This document shows positions 18,332 through 27,590 of a DNA stretch of 32,000 nt, piece by piece. The translations under genes and the position numbers were made by a program. The first letter of the stretch is position 1, and each line of letters starts with the position of its first letter. The notes under the pieces were generated by a model that searched no databases, had not been told where the DNA came from, and saw only the letters and a list, made by a program, of their open reading frames with translations. The DNA lies in the NCBI RefSeq assembly GCF_900232105.1, contig NZ_LT934425.1, positions 1,170,001-1,202,000 on the forward strand, given 5' to 3'. This DNA is from Candidatus Kuenenia stuttgartensis. GTDB taxonomy: Bacteria > Planctomycetota > Brocadiia > Brocadiales > Brocadiaceae.

Positions 18332-20146
18332 CTACGATGATACCGTTTCATGTTCGCTGCGTAATTTTTCCAACGCCTCCCATCGGTGAAAGGCTTCTGC
18401 CAGTTCGTATTCCAGGGCTGACGCTCTCCCTTTAATTTTTTCTATTTCCTCTTTCCCTTTCTGATAAAACACGGGATTGCCCATTGTCTGAGTTAACTGC
18501 TGTTGTTCTGTTTCCAGCAATTCAATCCGATGTGGCAGGGATTCCAGTTCGCGTTTTTCATTATAACTGAGTTTACGTGTTCGTTTGGATTGTTTACTCT
18601 CCGCTTTTAACTTTGTAGGAAGCTGTTTCCCCGGGAAATCGTTTTGTGCATGTACAGTGCGTTGTCTTAACCAGTCATCATACCCGCCCACATATTCATT
18701 GATCAGTCCTTCCCCTTCAAAAACGAGTGTGCTGGTTGCTATGTTGTTAAGAAAGGTACGATCATGGCTGACGAGAAGAAGTGTTCCCTGATACTCCATC
18801 AATAATTCCTCTAAAAGTTCCAGGGTTTCCACATCAAGGTCATTTGTGGGTTCATCCATTACCAGGACATTGGAAGGTTTTGTGAACAAACGCGCCAGAA
18901 GGAGACGGTTGCGCTCTCCTCCGGAAAGTGTTTTGACTGAGACCCGTGCCCTGTCCGGAGAAAACAGGAAGTTTTGCAAATATCCGATGATGTGCCGTGG
19001 TTTGCCATTGAAGGTGATCACATCGTTTCCCTCACCAACGTTTTCAAACACCGATTTATCTTCATTCAGTTGCGCACGCAGTTGGTCAAAATAAGCTATT
19101 TGCAGTTGAGTGCCATGGCGAACATTACCTTTTTGCAGAGTCAATTCCCCTAATAAAAGACGTAAAAGAGTCGTCTTGCCGGAACCGTTGGGTCCGATAA
19201 TTCCCACCTTATCTCCCCGCATAATCGTTGTGGAAAAGTTATTCACAATGAGACGATTATCATATCCGTAAGTTGCGCCTTCCACCTTTATAACAACCGC
19301 GCCGGAACGGTCTGATTCCTGCGTCTGTATAAGTGCGGAGCCTGTTCTTTGCCTGCGCTCGCTTCGAACCTGCCGCATTTTCTCCAACTCTCTTTTCCGT
19401 CCTTCATTACGAGTGCGTCTGGCCTTAATTCCTTGTCTTACCCATACTTCTTCCTGTGCAAGTTTCTTATCAAAAAGTGCGTGCTGTTTCTCTTCTGCGT
19501 CCAGAACAGCCTGTTTACGCGTCAAAAAAGTTTCGTAATTACACGACCAGCTTGAAAGATTTCCTCTGTCCAGTTCAATAATACGGGTAGAAAGTTTCCT
19601 TAGAAACGAACGGTCATGGGTAACAAAAAGCATTGTGCCTTCATAACGCAGTAGAAATTCTTCCAGCCAGCAGACGGCATCGATATCCAGATGATTGGTC
19701 GGCTCATCCAGCAATAGAATACCGGGACCACACACCAGTTCTCGGGCAAGCAATACCTTTCGTTTAAGGCCTGAAGAAAGGGTATTGAATTCAGCATGAG
19801 CATCTAACTGCATCTGCGAAATTATCTTATTTATTTGATGACGGCCTTTGCGTTCAGAAGAAGGCAGATTTCCGAACTCGTTCGATAGTATATCGGATAC
19901 CGTACCATTTATTTTTTTTGGAATTTCCTGGGAAAGGTATGCCGTGCGCAATCCTTTCTGCCGCACAATTTCTCCGGAATCAGGCATCAGATCACCATTG
20001 ATAAGTTTTAGCAGGGTAGATTTGCCGGCGCCGTTGCGGCCAAGGAGACATGCCTTTTCGCCCCGCTCTAGCTGCAAATTTGCGTGTTCAATCAACAAAG
20101 GACAGCCAAAACCTATCGTTACATCCTGCAAACTTATCAACGCCAT
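18332..20146 (-). CDS. uup: ABC-F family ATPase, Uup-like
   Basis: Two ABC domains: 'LLGRNGAGKSTLLKLI', 'LSSGLKRKVLLARELVCGPGILLLDEPTNHLDI', 'IIGPNGSGKTTLLRLL', 'LSGGERNRLLLARLFTKPSNVLVMDEPTNDLDVETLELLEELLMEYQGTLLLVSHDRTFLNNIATSTLVFEGEG'. Start set at 'MALISLQDVTIGFG'. Confidence 0.92.
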   Translation of the reverse strand: MALISLQDVTIGFGCPLLIEHANLQLERGEKACLLGRNGAGKSTLLKLINGDLMPDSGEIVRQKGLRTAYLSQEIPKKINGTVSDILSNEFGNLPSSERKGRHQINKIISQMQLDAHAEFNTLSSGLKRKVLLARELVCGPGILLLDEPTNHLDIDAVCWLEEFLLRYEGTMLFVTHDRSFLRKLSTRIIELDRGNLSSWSCNYETFLTRKQAVLDAEEKQHALFDKKLAQEEVWVRQGIKARRTRNEGRKRELEKMRQVRSERRQRTGSALIQTQESDRSGAVVIKVEGATYGYDNRLIVNNFSTTIMRGDKVGIIGPNGSGKTTLLRLLLGELTLQKGNVRHGTQLQIAYFDQLRAQLNEDKSVFENVGEGNDVITFNGKPRHIIGYLQNFLFSPDRARVSVKTLSGGERNRLLLARLFTKPSNVLVMDEPTNDLDVETLELLEELLMEYQGTLLLVSHDRTFLNNIATSTLVFEGEGLINEYVGGYDDWLRQRTVHAQNDFPGKQLPTKLKAESKQSKRTRKLSYNEKRELESLPHRIELLETEQQQLTQTMGNPVFYQKGKEEIEKIKGRASALEYELAEAFHRWEALEKLRSEHETVSS

Positions 20147-20277
20147 CGATATTCTCCAAATATTATTTTCTTTAAATTGCACCTTAACAGTATTAACAAA
20201 CAACCCTTTATGTGATTTTATCACAGCGCCGTCAGCCTGCAATCAAATAATGAAACAGACATGACTGGTACCTTTTG

Positions 20278-20319
20278 CAGTCCTCAATCTGCAGTCTGCA
20301 GATTGCAGATTGAGGACTG
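20278..20319. repeat. Dispersed palindromic intergenic repeat, copy 4 (perfect 16-bp inverted repeat)
   Basis: cagtcctcaatctgca-gtctgcagat-tgcagattgaggactg. Confidence 0.8.
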
Positions 20320-20523
20320 AGGACAGTTTTCTTGCTTGTTTAGTTCTGACTTTGTCAATTCAGGGTTTGGGAACAACCGGCCAAAAGTTGCGGTCAAAGA
20401 CTGCCAAATTCTAAGAAAAACATTTTACTTAGGAGATAAACTGTATAACATGATTGAAAACATTACGCTGGTTGGCCCTATTGGTATAATCCTGCCTGAA
20501 GGACGGCAGAGAAGGAGGCTTTT

Positions 20524-21642
20524 ATGGAAAAACAAAAAATATTTGAAAACATGTGGATAAGAACGCTGCTGTGGCTTTGCGCAATTGCCGCGTTTCTCCT
20601 GGTGTGCTATTATTTAAAAGGCATTTTAATATCACTCTTTCTGGCTTTTACGATAGCCTATATTGTTGATCCATTACTCGATATTATTGAAAAACGAAGA
20701 TTTTTATTTTTAAAAAAAGGGTTGCCGCGGGGTCTTGCAATAGTGGTACTTTTAACAGGCATGTTGTTTATGGCGGGCGGGGCGGCCGCCTACACAATAC
20801 CAAAAACCTTGCATGGCATTGAGCGAGTTGGCATGGTATTAAAAAAACAGTATCCGAAGTATCAGGAAAATGTGGAACTGTTTATTGAAAACCATAAGGA
20901 TACCGGGATTGCGATATTTTTAAAAACACAACTAGGCATACAGAACGGCAGTGAAAAAGAAACGCAGGAGAAACGTCCGGGACTTATGAAATTTGCCCTT
21001 GCAACAGTAAAAAACATCTTTCAAGGAGCCTTCGGTCTGGTGGGAATAATAATAAACATCGTGGTTTTTGGAGTAGTGACCATATATCTCCTGAAAGATT
21101 TTGACGTTATTATAATAAAGTGCAGGAACCTGCTTCCGGTTTCAAAAAAAGAAAAGATATTTGAGATTTTCGGGAAGATAAATGAAAACCTGAAGGCATT
21201 TCTAAGGGGGCAGATTACGGTTTGTATTATATTATCCATAATATATGGAATAGGATTGACCGTTATTGGCGTACCGCTTTCCTACCTCATAGCCCTGCTG
21301 GGTGGATTTGGGAACGTTATTCCCTACATCGGAATAATGCTTGGCCTTGTTCCCGCACTGATACTCGCGTTTATTCAATATCAGGATATCACCCATTTGA
21401 TCCTTGTCGTAGCGGTATTTGGCGTAGGGCAGTTCTTTGAAAGCACCATAATAACGCCAAAAATTGTTGGAACAAAACTCGGACTGCACCCTGTAGCTAT
21501 TATACTGTCCATTTTGATATGCAGCCAGATATTGGGATTTTTGGGTCTTTTGCTTGCAGTTCCCATTGTGGCTGTGGCGAAGGTGCTTATTGATGAAGGG
21601 CTTTTGAGATACAAAAATACCGATTTCTTTAAGGGTAGTTAA
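20524..21642 (+). CDS. AI-2E family transporter (PerM-like permease)
   Basis: 372 aa; 'LISLFLAFTIAYIVDPLLDIIEKR', 'GLPRGLAIVVLL', 'YLIALLGGFGNVIPYIGIMLGLVPALILAFIQY', 'VFGVGQFFESTIITPKIVGTKLGLHPVAIILSILICSQILGFLGLLLAVPIVAVAKVL'. Confidence 0.92.
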   Translation: MEKQKIFENMWIRTLLWLCAIAAFLLVCYYLKGILISLFLAFTIAYIVDPLLDIIEKRRFLFLKKGLPRGLAIVVLLTGMLFMAGGAAAYTIPKTLHGIERVGMVLKKQYPKYQENVELFIENHKDTGIAIFLKTQLGIQNGSEKETQEKRPGLMKFALATVKNIFQGAFGLVGIIINIVVFGVVTIYLLKDFDVIIIKCRNLLPVSKKEKIFEIFGKINENLKAFLRGQITVCIILSIIYGIGLTVIGVPLSYLIALLGGFGNVIPYIGIMLGLVPALILAFIQYQDITHLILVVAVFGVGQFFESTIITPKIVGTKLGLHPVAIILSILICSQILGFLGLLLAVPIVAVAKVLIDEGLLRYKNTDFFKGS

Positions 21643-21677
21643 GGGAATGAGGTCTTTGTTTAGGGAGTAAATGCAAA

Positions 21678-22409
21678 ATGGGATTCCAGATAATCGACCA
21701 GGGAACAAGATTCCCTCTTACTGCAGGAATGTTTACAACGCCACCTCGCCGGGTTGAAAGGCTGCAACATACCGCAAAGGATAAAAGAATTGAGGAAAAC
21801 AAGGACAATTTGCAGGAACGGGAACAACGAGAAAATAAAAAACAAAAACCCCGTAGTTCATCAACGCTTATGTACCAAAAAACCGAATACCCACACCAGA
21901 GAAATTCATTACATGCAAATCAGATCATGTCTTCTCCTGTAGTTACAATTCTGCCGGATACCAGGCTCGATGAAGCATGGGAAATTATCAGGGAACATAG
22001 GTTCCGCCACCTGCCCATTCTCACACCGAATAAAAAAGTTGCCGGCATTATTTCCGACAGGGATTTACTTCGTGAGGCGGCGCAGAGCGAAGCATCCGGA
22101 GATAAACAACCGGTCAATACACCTGCTCAAAAATGGTATGAAGCAGATGCCCATTATACGGATGCCGGATTTTACCATGATAACATTTATACATTTCCAA
22201 AAAAGAAAACCGTTTTGGACATTTGTAAAACAAGAATTCTTACAGCAACGCCTGACACTGAGCTGAGGGAAATTGCAAAAATATTGATAGAAGAACATAT
22301 TGGGTCAATGCCAATTGTTGATGAAAACAACCATCTTTTGGGCATAATTACCAGGAGCGACATCCTGAGAACAATTGTCGCGAATGGAGCTATTGATCTT
22401 TTAATCTAG
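21678..22409 (+). CDS. CBS domain-pair protein
   Basis: 'IMSSPVVTILPDTRLDEAWEIIREHRFRHLPILTPNKKVAGIISDRDLLR' and 'LRTATPDTELREIAKILIEEHIGSMPIVDENNHLLGIITRSDILRTI' (second motif begins 'ILTATPDTEL'). Confidence 0.88.
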   Translation: MGFQIIDQGTRFPLTAGMFTTPPRRVERLQHTAKDKRIEENKDNLQEREQRENKKQKPRSSSTLMYQKTEYPHQRNSLHANQIMSSPVVTILPDTRLDEAWEIIREHRFRHLPILTPNKKVAGIISDRDLLREAAQSEASGDKQPVNTPAQKWYEADAHYTDAGFYHDNIYTFPKKKTVLDICKTRILTATPDTELREIAKILIEEHIGSMPIVDENNHLLGIITRSDILRTIVANGAIDLLI

Positions 22410-22439
22410 CATACCATTTCAGTAAAATAGCATACTACA

Positions 22440-23654
22440 ATGAGTAATGATCTGACAAATCTTCACATCGATAAATCAAAATTTCTGGTTCGGCGCGGCA
22501 AAACAAAGGGGAAAATATATCTCTCTGTCGCCGCCGGAATCATTATTGTTCTGGGGATATTGTATGGAACCGGCATTCTGCAACCTGCTATTCGTGTGCA
22601 TGTATCAGGGATTTCTACCATTTTCCCCTCTCAGACGTTTACCCTTTTAAATGCGAGCGGGTATGTTGTCGCCCAGCGAAAATCCGCCATATCGTCTAAG
22701 ATCACCAGCTCGCTTGTATCCTTATCGGTAGAAGAAGGCAGCAGGGCAAAAAAAGGAGATGTTATTGCCTGCCTGGAAAACAAGGACGCAATTGCGGCGT
22801 TGAAAAGAGCAAAGGCGGATATGAATACCGCCAGATACAGGCTGAAGCAGGCTGAAGCAGAACTTACTGAGGCGAAGCTTGCTTACAATAGAACAACGAA
22901 TCTTTTGCAAATGGGAGTCGTTTCTCCGTCTGAATATGACACGGCAGATGCAAAATACAAACTTGCGATTGCAAAGGTTGAAGAAGGGAAGGCCGCAATA
23001 CGCTCGGGCAAAGCGGCAGTGAGCGAGGCAAAGGTGCAACTTGATTATACTTTTTTACGCGCACCTTTTGATGGGGTAGTATTAACGAAAAATGCCGATA
23101 TTGGCGATATAGTCACTCCTGTGGGAGCAGCGGCAAATGCCAGGGCGTCGGTAGTGACTATTGCCGACCTCGATTCACTCATGGTGGAGGTTGATGTATC
23201 CGAATCAAATATTGAACAGGTAAGCGCCGGGCATCCATGTGAAATCCAACTGGATGCTTTTCCGGGAGAAAGACTTCGCGGTGAAGTGCATATGATTGTG
23301 CCTACTGCGGACAGGACAAAGGCCTCGATACTGGTAAAAGTCGCATTTGCCGACAAAGATTCCCGCATTATGCCGGAGATGAGTGCAAAGGTTGCGTTTT
23401 TAAAACGACACGCAACGGATGATGAAAGAAAGCCAATAAAGGCAATTCCTGTAACAGCCGTCAGGACAATGATGGGAAAGAATGTTGTATATACGGTTGA
23501 AAACAACCGGTTAGTGGAAAAGGTCATAAGCACAGGAAGGTGTTACGATGCTATGATAGAGATATTATCAGGATTAGAAGATGGCTGGAAAATAGTAACA
23601 GACGGGAATAAGAAAATGAAAAACGGCAGAAGGGTAAAAATATCCGAAGAATAA
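22440..23654 (+). CDS. HlyD/MFP-family efflux adaptor subunit
   Basis: 404 aa; N-terminal TM segment, biotinyl-lipoyl-like 'ISSKITSSLVSLSVEEGSRAKKGDVIACLEN', coiled coil, 'LDYTFLRAPFDGVVLTKNADIGDIVTP'. Confidence 0.9.
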   Translation: MSNDLTNLHIDKSKFLVRRGKTKGKIYLSVAAGIIIVLGILYGTGILQPAIRVHVSGISTIFPSQTFTLLNASGYVVAQRKSAISSKITSSLVSLSVEEGSRAKKGDVIACLENKDAIAALKRAKADMNTARYRLKQAEAELTEAKLAYNRTTNLLQMGVVSPSEYDTADAKYKLAIAKVEEGKAAIRSGKAAVSEAKVQLDYTFLRAPFDGVVLTKNADIGDIVTPVGAAANARASVVTIADLDSLMVEVDVSESNIEQVSAGHPCEIQLDAFPGERLRGEVHMIVPTADRTKASILVKVAFADKDSRIMPEMSAKVAFLKRHATDDERKPIKAIPVTAVRTMMGKNVVYTVENNRLVEKVISTGRCYDAMIEILSGLEDGWKIVTDGNKKMKNGRRVKISEE

Positions 23655-23738
23655 AAATATGTCCATGTACAGCTAAAAGCATCAATTATCTGAAAATTTA
23701 TAAATCTTATTATACGAATTCCGGGGACACTATACTTA

Positions 23739-23895
23739 ATACGGAAGGATAGGAAAAGCCAAGGTTTATGATTTCAAGCAGAATCGTCACAATAAGTATT
23801 ATGAACAAAAGAGAGTGGAAGTGTTTTACCTTATCAAAGAAAATAGGATTGTAACCGTTACCGTATATGTATTCTATGGAAAGTGGGAGGCATAA
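23739..23895 (+). pseudogene. Remnant of DUF4258-like gene (no start codon, N-terminus missing)
   Basis: Frame ending just before the DUF2283 ATG reads ...GKAKVYDFKQNRHNKYYEQKRVEVFYLIKENRIVTVTVYVFYGKWEA*. It resembles a DUF4258 C-terminus and sits in the usual position upstream of a DUF2283 gene. Confidence 0.4.
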
Positions 23896-24105
23896 ATGAA
23901 CATCATTTACAACGACAAGACAGACCTTCTTTACATCAGATTTGATGACAAAAAACAGGATGTCATAAACCGGCGGTTCTCCGATGACATTGTCCTGGAT
24001 ATTGGCGAGAATAACAGAATTGTAGGCATTGAAATTCTTGATGCTTCTAAACATGTAACTCTTGATAAACTCTTACCGGTTAATTACGAGCTTTCAAAGA
24101 CATAG
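23896..24105 (+). CDS. DUF2283 domain protein, 69 aa
   Basis: 'MNIIYNDKTDLLYIRFDDKKQDVINRRFSDDIVLDIGENNRIVGIEILDASKHV' matches the DUF2283 pattern (YDxexDvLYIrf...d...vlDyde.g.ivGIEiLdAS). Confidence 0.88.
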   Translation: MNIIYNDKTDLLYIRFDDKKQDVINRRFSDDIVLDIGENNRIVGIEILDASKHVTLDKLLPVNYELSKT

Positions 24106-24111
24106 AATTGA

Positions 24112-24324
24112 TTGTCTGTAACTAAAGAATTAGCTATAACTATAGCACAAAAAGACCCCATTGCCGTTAAGATGGCAAAAATCCTGCTCAACGAAAATCA
24201 GAAAATAGAGAAAAGGCTTGAGAAAGAAATAAACCTCTTTGCCCGATGCTTTGCAACACAAGATCGTCAGGAAGGCATAAACACCTTTTTGGAAAAAAGA
24301 AAGCCCATGTTTAAAGGTGTATGA
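24112..24324 (+). pseudogene. C-terminal fragment of enoyl-CoA hydratase/crotonase
   Basis: 'ELAITIAQKDPIAVKMAKILLN ... FARCFATQDRQEGINTFLEKRKPMFKG' is the crotonase C-terminal signature; the catalytic N-terminal domain is missing. Confidence 0.8.
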
Positions 24325-24533
24325 TTTTTTTAAAAAAGAGGCATTATTTAAATTGAAGTTTAATTTTCGTTAATAAAAAACTCTTAATGAAATGTGAGTA
24401 AAACTTGGTTGCTTTCCTAAATATCCTTAATATCTTCAGAATTAGAAACGTGTCATTTCGTTTGAATAAAAAAGTTAAAGAATAAAATTTTTTCAAAACT
24501 CTTTTCAAATTTAAATTTATGCATAAGGAAAAA

Positions 24534-24588
24534 ATGACAAAACGACCTATGATATTTGTAGATGGTACCAATTTGTTAACTCAACTAA
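24534..24588 (+). pseudogene. N-terminal fragment of NYN-domain-like protein, truncated by IS end
   Basis: MTKRPMIFVDGTNLLTQLR... ('FVDGxNL' NYN start) is cut where ggcactgtcc (ISAzo13-like terminus) begins at 24589. Confidence 0.45.
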
Positions 24589-24897
24589 GGCACTGTCCAA
24601 AAATAATTTGGTATTTTTATTAATTTAGTTAAGTGAAATTGTATAATTCCAATCTGGCAAGACACTGTGTTTGTTTATGTTTATTTCTTTCATTTGGTCA
24701 TCAGTGATTTTGATTCCTTTTTGGTATTCTTTCTCGTTAAGAATGGTTTGTACGAGAAGACCCGCTGTTGTTGTAGTGCCAGCAATTAAACTTAGCATAA
24801 CATCATAAGACCTCAAAGGATACCCTCCCAATTTTTACTGATAAAACTAAACAGACGATGTTCTACCGGATTCCATTTTGATGCTCCTGAGGGATGA
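24589..24897 (-). mobile_element. Remnant of ISAzo13-family element (3' end of transposase, frameshifted)
   Basis: Across two frameshifts the minus strand reads 'GTHPSGASKWNPVEHRLFS / FISKNWEG / YPLRSYDVMLSLIAGTTTTAGLLVQTILNEKEYQKGIKITDDQMKEININKHSVLPDWNYTI', an ISAzo13 transposase C-terminus; terminus ggcactgtcc at 24589. Confidence 0.75.
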
Positions 24898-26774
24898 GTG
24901 CCTTGAAGTATGGAATACCTGAGTGGTTGAAAATACCACCTCTGCGAGCCTAATCCTCGTAGAGAAGTTTGTGCCTATGCGCACACAATGGAGCAATCCG
25001 TATGCGTAGAAAGATAGCATATACCCGTGAGGGGTATGACGGAGTTACGAGGTACAGACGACCTTTTGGGGTGTATGAGTGTGGCGTGTTATTCCGTGCC
25101 AACTGCCATTTCTCAGCGAAGCACTGACAATGTCCTTTGTTGGAGATGGATAAACAGATTAAGTAAAACCATCTCTGGTTAATGCGTTTGAACATACATC
25201 ACGAAGGGAAAAGGGGTAATCCATATGACCGGGGGAGGACTTACGCCTTGGGCAAAATTCCCTAACAGCAAGGTATAAGGAAATTCCGAAGTCCGAGCTG
25301 TATGAGATGGTGATAGACAAGCTTCTCTCACAAGTCTATCTTTGAAGTCGTCAGCATTGCTCATAATAGTTTCCGGTGTGAATCGGAAATGAAAGGGGCA
25401 TAACCGTAGTGGAATTGATGAAAGTGGCAGATTGAATACGTTCAATGAGAAAAGAAACTCTTTTGCGTAGGTAAGCAGTAACAAGAGCCTCTCTTGTTTT
25501 GCCTATGTTTGGGAGAATCCGTACCCAGGAAACACGATTGACAAATCTATTATCCGTAATCAATCGAAAGGAATATATCGAGAGATGCTTAAGTATCATT
25601 CATTAAGAGACAAGGTGTTTAGTCTGAAAAACCTTTATGCTGCTTTCAAACACGTAAAGAAGAATAAAGGCAAAGCTGGTCTTGACAGGGTAAGTATTAA
25701 GCAATTTGAGTCCAATCTTGATGTGAATATCATGAGTATCCATCAGGAACTCAAGACTGCCATATACAACCCTGCGCCTGTCCTGCGGGTATACATCCCC
25801 AAAGGCAGGCATGACAAGAGACCTCTTGGCATTCCCATTGTTAAGGACAGGATTGTACAGCAGGCATTCAGGCAAATCATAGAGCCAATATTTGAGAAAG
25901 GATTCTCAGATAACAGCTTTGGATTTCGCCCTGACAGATGCTGTCACGATGCTATCAAACGGCTTGAACAGTATAAGCAGAAGGGTATACCAGCGTCCTT
26001 GATGCCGATATAATGGCATTCTATGACACCATACCCCATAAGCTTATTATGGACTCCTTACGTGAGAAAATCGCTGATGGATGGGTTTTGAACAGTATTG
26101 AGAACATGCTCAAAGCAGGGGTCATGGAGGACGGCATCGTGCACGAGACAAACAAAGGCACTCCGCAAGGAGGCGTCATTTCCCCTTTGCTTGCAAACCT
26201 TATCGGTGACATCATCGACAAGGAACTTGAAAAGGCTGGATATAAGTTTGTCCGATACGCCGATGATTTCGTTGTCATGACTAAAACAAAAGATGAACTC
26301 CCAGCCGCCCTCAGCTATGTCAAAGAAATCATTGCAGGGAAACTTGGAATGAAGCTGAGCGAGGATAAAACCAAGCTCACCAACTTCGAAAGAGGTTTCA
26401 GGTTTCTCGGATACGATTCCAAGGGCAAGTATAAGGGTATAAGCACGAAATCACTGAACAAACTCAAGAGCCTGTCCTGAGCCTGCCGAAGGAACAACAT
26501 CAGAGACATCACCAGACGTACACAGGGCGTCAATCTGCAAGCCATCGTTGATACATTAAACCCCGTAATTCGTGGGCATGTCAACTATTTTCGGCTGGGC
26601 AATGTACAAAAGGTATATCGCTCATTAGACTGTTGGGTACGCATGAGACTGAGATGTTTCAAGTTCTCAAGAAAATGGAGAACAGACAACAAGCGTTTCC
26701 CTGTTCACCGATTCTTTAAAATGGGGTTACTCTCATTCGAAAGAGAATTTCTTAAGGCGTGTGCTAAAGCATGA
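24898..26774 (+). mobile_element. Degraded group II intron (5' region plus RT/maturase; 3' end not found)
   Basis: Candidate 5' end gtgccttgaagtatgg at 24898 where ISAzo13 similarity stops; about 690 nt structured non-coding leader, then a group II RT. No domain V (gagcyrtatg...cgtacggttc type) seen downstream. Confidence 0.6.
25585..26774 (+). pseudogene. Group II intron reverse transcriptase/maturase (disrupted)
   Basis: Part 1 25585-26013 ('LKNLYAAFKHVKKNKGKAGLDRVSIKQFE', 'RPLGIPIVKDRIVQQAFRQIIEPIFEKGFSDNSFGFRP'), frameshift near ggg 25983-25985, part 2 ('AFYDTIPHKLIM', 'GTPQGGVISPLLANL', 'FVRYADDFVVM'), in-frame TGA at about 26478, then 'IRDITRRTQGVNLQAIVDTLNPVIRGHVNYFRLG...FKFSRKWRTDNKRFP'. 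Confidence 0.88.
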
Positions 26775-26888
26775 TGTTTGACTTTTCTCTGTTATAGAGC
26801 AACACTTCGGGGTCGCTAACTACGAGAAAGACGTATGGTTTAAAAAGGATGCTTTGTCACGTTGTCCAAAGTATCTGGCGACGAGTGG

Positions 26889-26913
26889 GGGTTGGAGGCT
26901 AATGGCCTCCAAC
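26889..26913. repeat. Perfect 10-bp stem hairpin
   Basis: ggttggaggc-taatg-gcctccaacc. Confidence 0.6.
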
Positions 26914-26928
26914 CTACCAGCTGGTAAA

Positions 26929-27556
26929 AGTAAACGAAAATCCTTATAATGCTCCCATATTGAAACGGGGGGAGTGGTCTATGCTCCATTGGGATGCAGA
27001 ATTTGAACAAATGCAAGGCATGGGGTTTCAGGTTCATCTGCCTGAAACAAATTCTTACATCGAATGCGCGGAAATAACATTGCTCAACAGTTGGTATCAT
27101 GTTGTTTGGACAATTTCAGGCAATACTTTGTCTTTTTATGTAAACGGTATCTTGAAAAAAATATCTTATATGCCGTCAAAGGATGTAGAATCCTTCGCAA
27201 AGAATTTTGAGGCATTTAAAATACTGGAAGCAGAAAAGGGACATGTTTTTAATGGAACAACAGAAAATATTCGTATTTATCCCTACCCGATGCCCCGCCA
27301 AAAGATATTTGAACGATTTAATATCCTCAGGGAAAAATACGGCATTGTGGAATCAAATGAAATAGGAAATTTCTATCGGAAGGTTTTTGTTAATGGCAAA
27401 CCACTGGAAAGTAATATGTGCAGATTGGAAAAAGGCATATATCGGTTGAATATTTTACCATCCAGACTACATGGTTATATTAGTTGCGTTGCCCCTCAAT
27501 TCTTTAATGAGGAAATAAAACGCGGTAAACGACATGCAATGTATTTTGAATACTAA
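26929..27556 (+). pseudogene. C-terminal fragment of a LamG/concanavalin A-like domain protein
   Basis: Frame reads 'NENPYNAPILKRGEWSMLHWDAEFEQMQGMGFQVHLPETNSYIECAEITLLNSWYHVVWTISGNTLSFYVNGILKK'; the 'WYHVVWTISGNTLSFYVNG' core is LamG_3-like and the N-terminus is absent. Confidence 0.55.
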
Positions 27557-27590
27557 TGGAAACTAAGTATTTCGCTTCAATTATTTGTAG

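Noticed and set aside
20277-20335. Palindromic repeat as the start of a CRISPR array
   Set aside because: Only isolated single units are present kilobases apart, with no regular spacers and no cas genes in the window.
20336-20560. 74-aa ORF upstream of the PerM-like gene, or its 36-aa internal form
   Set aside because: Overlaps the downstream start and its first part lies in the repeat flank; the RBS spacing is poor and no conserved feature is seen.
24625-24831. 68-aa minus-strand ORF as an independent gene
   Set aside because: Its sequence is the C-terminus of an ISAzo13-type transposase, and upstream homologous segments continue in other frames.
25585-26774. Reverse transcriptase as a possible retron or defence RT
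   Set aside because: Motifs 'GTPQGGVISPLLANL', 'RYADDFVV' and a maturase-like C-terminus with a long structured leader identify a group II intron RT, and the ORF is broken.
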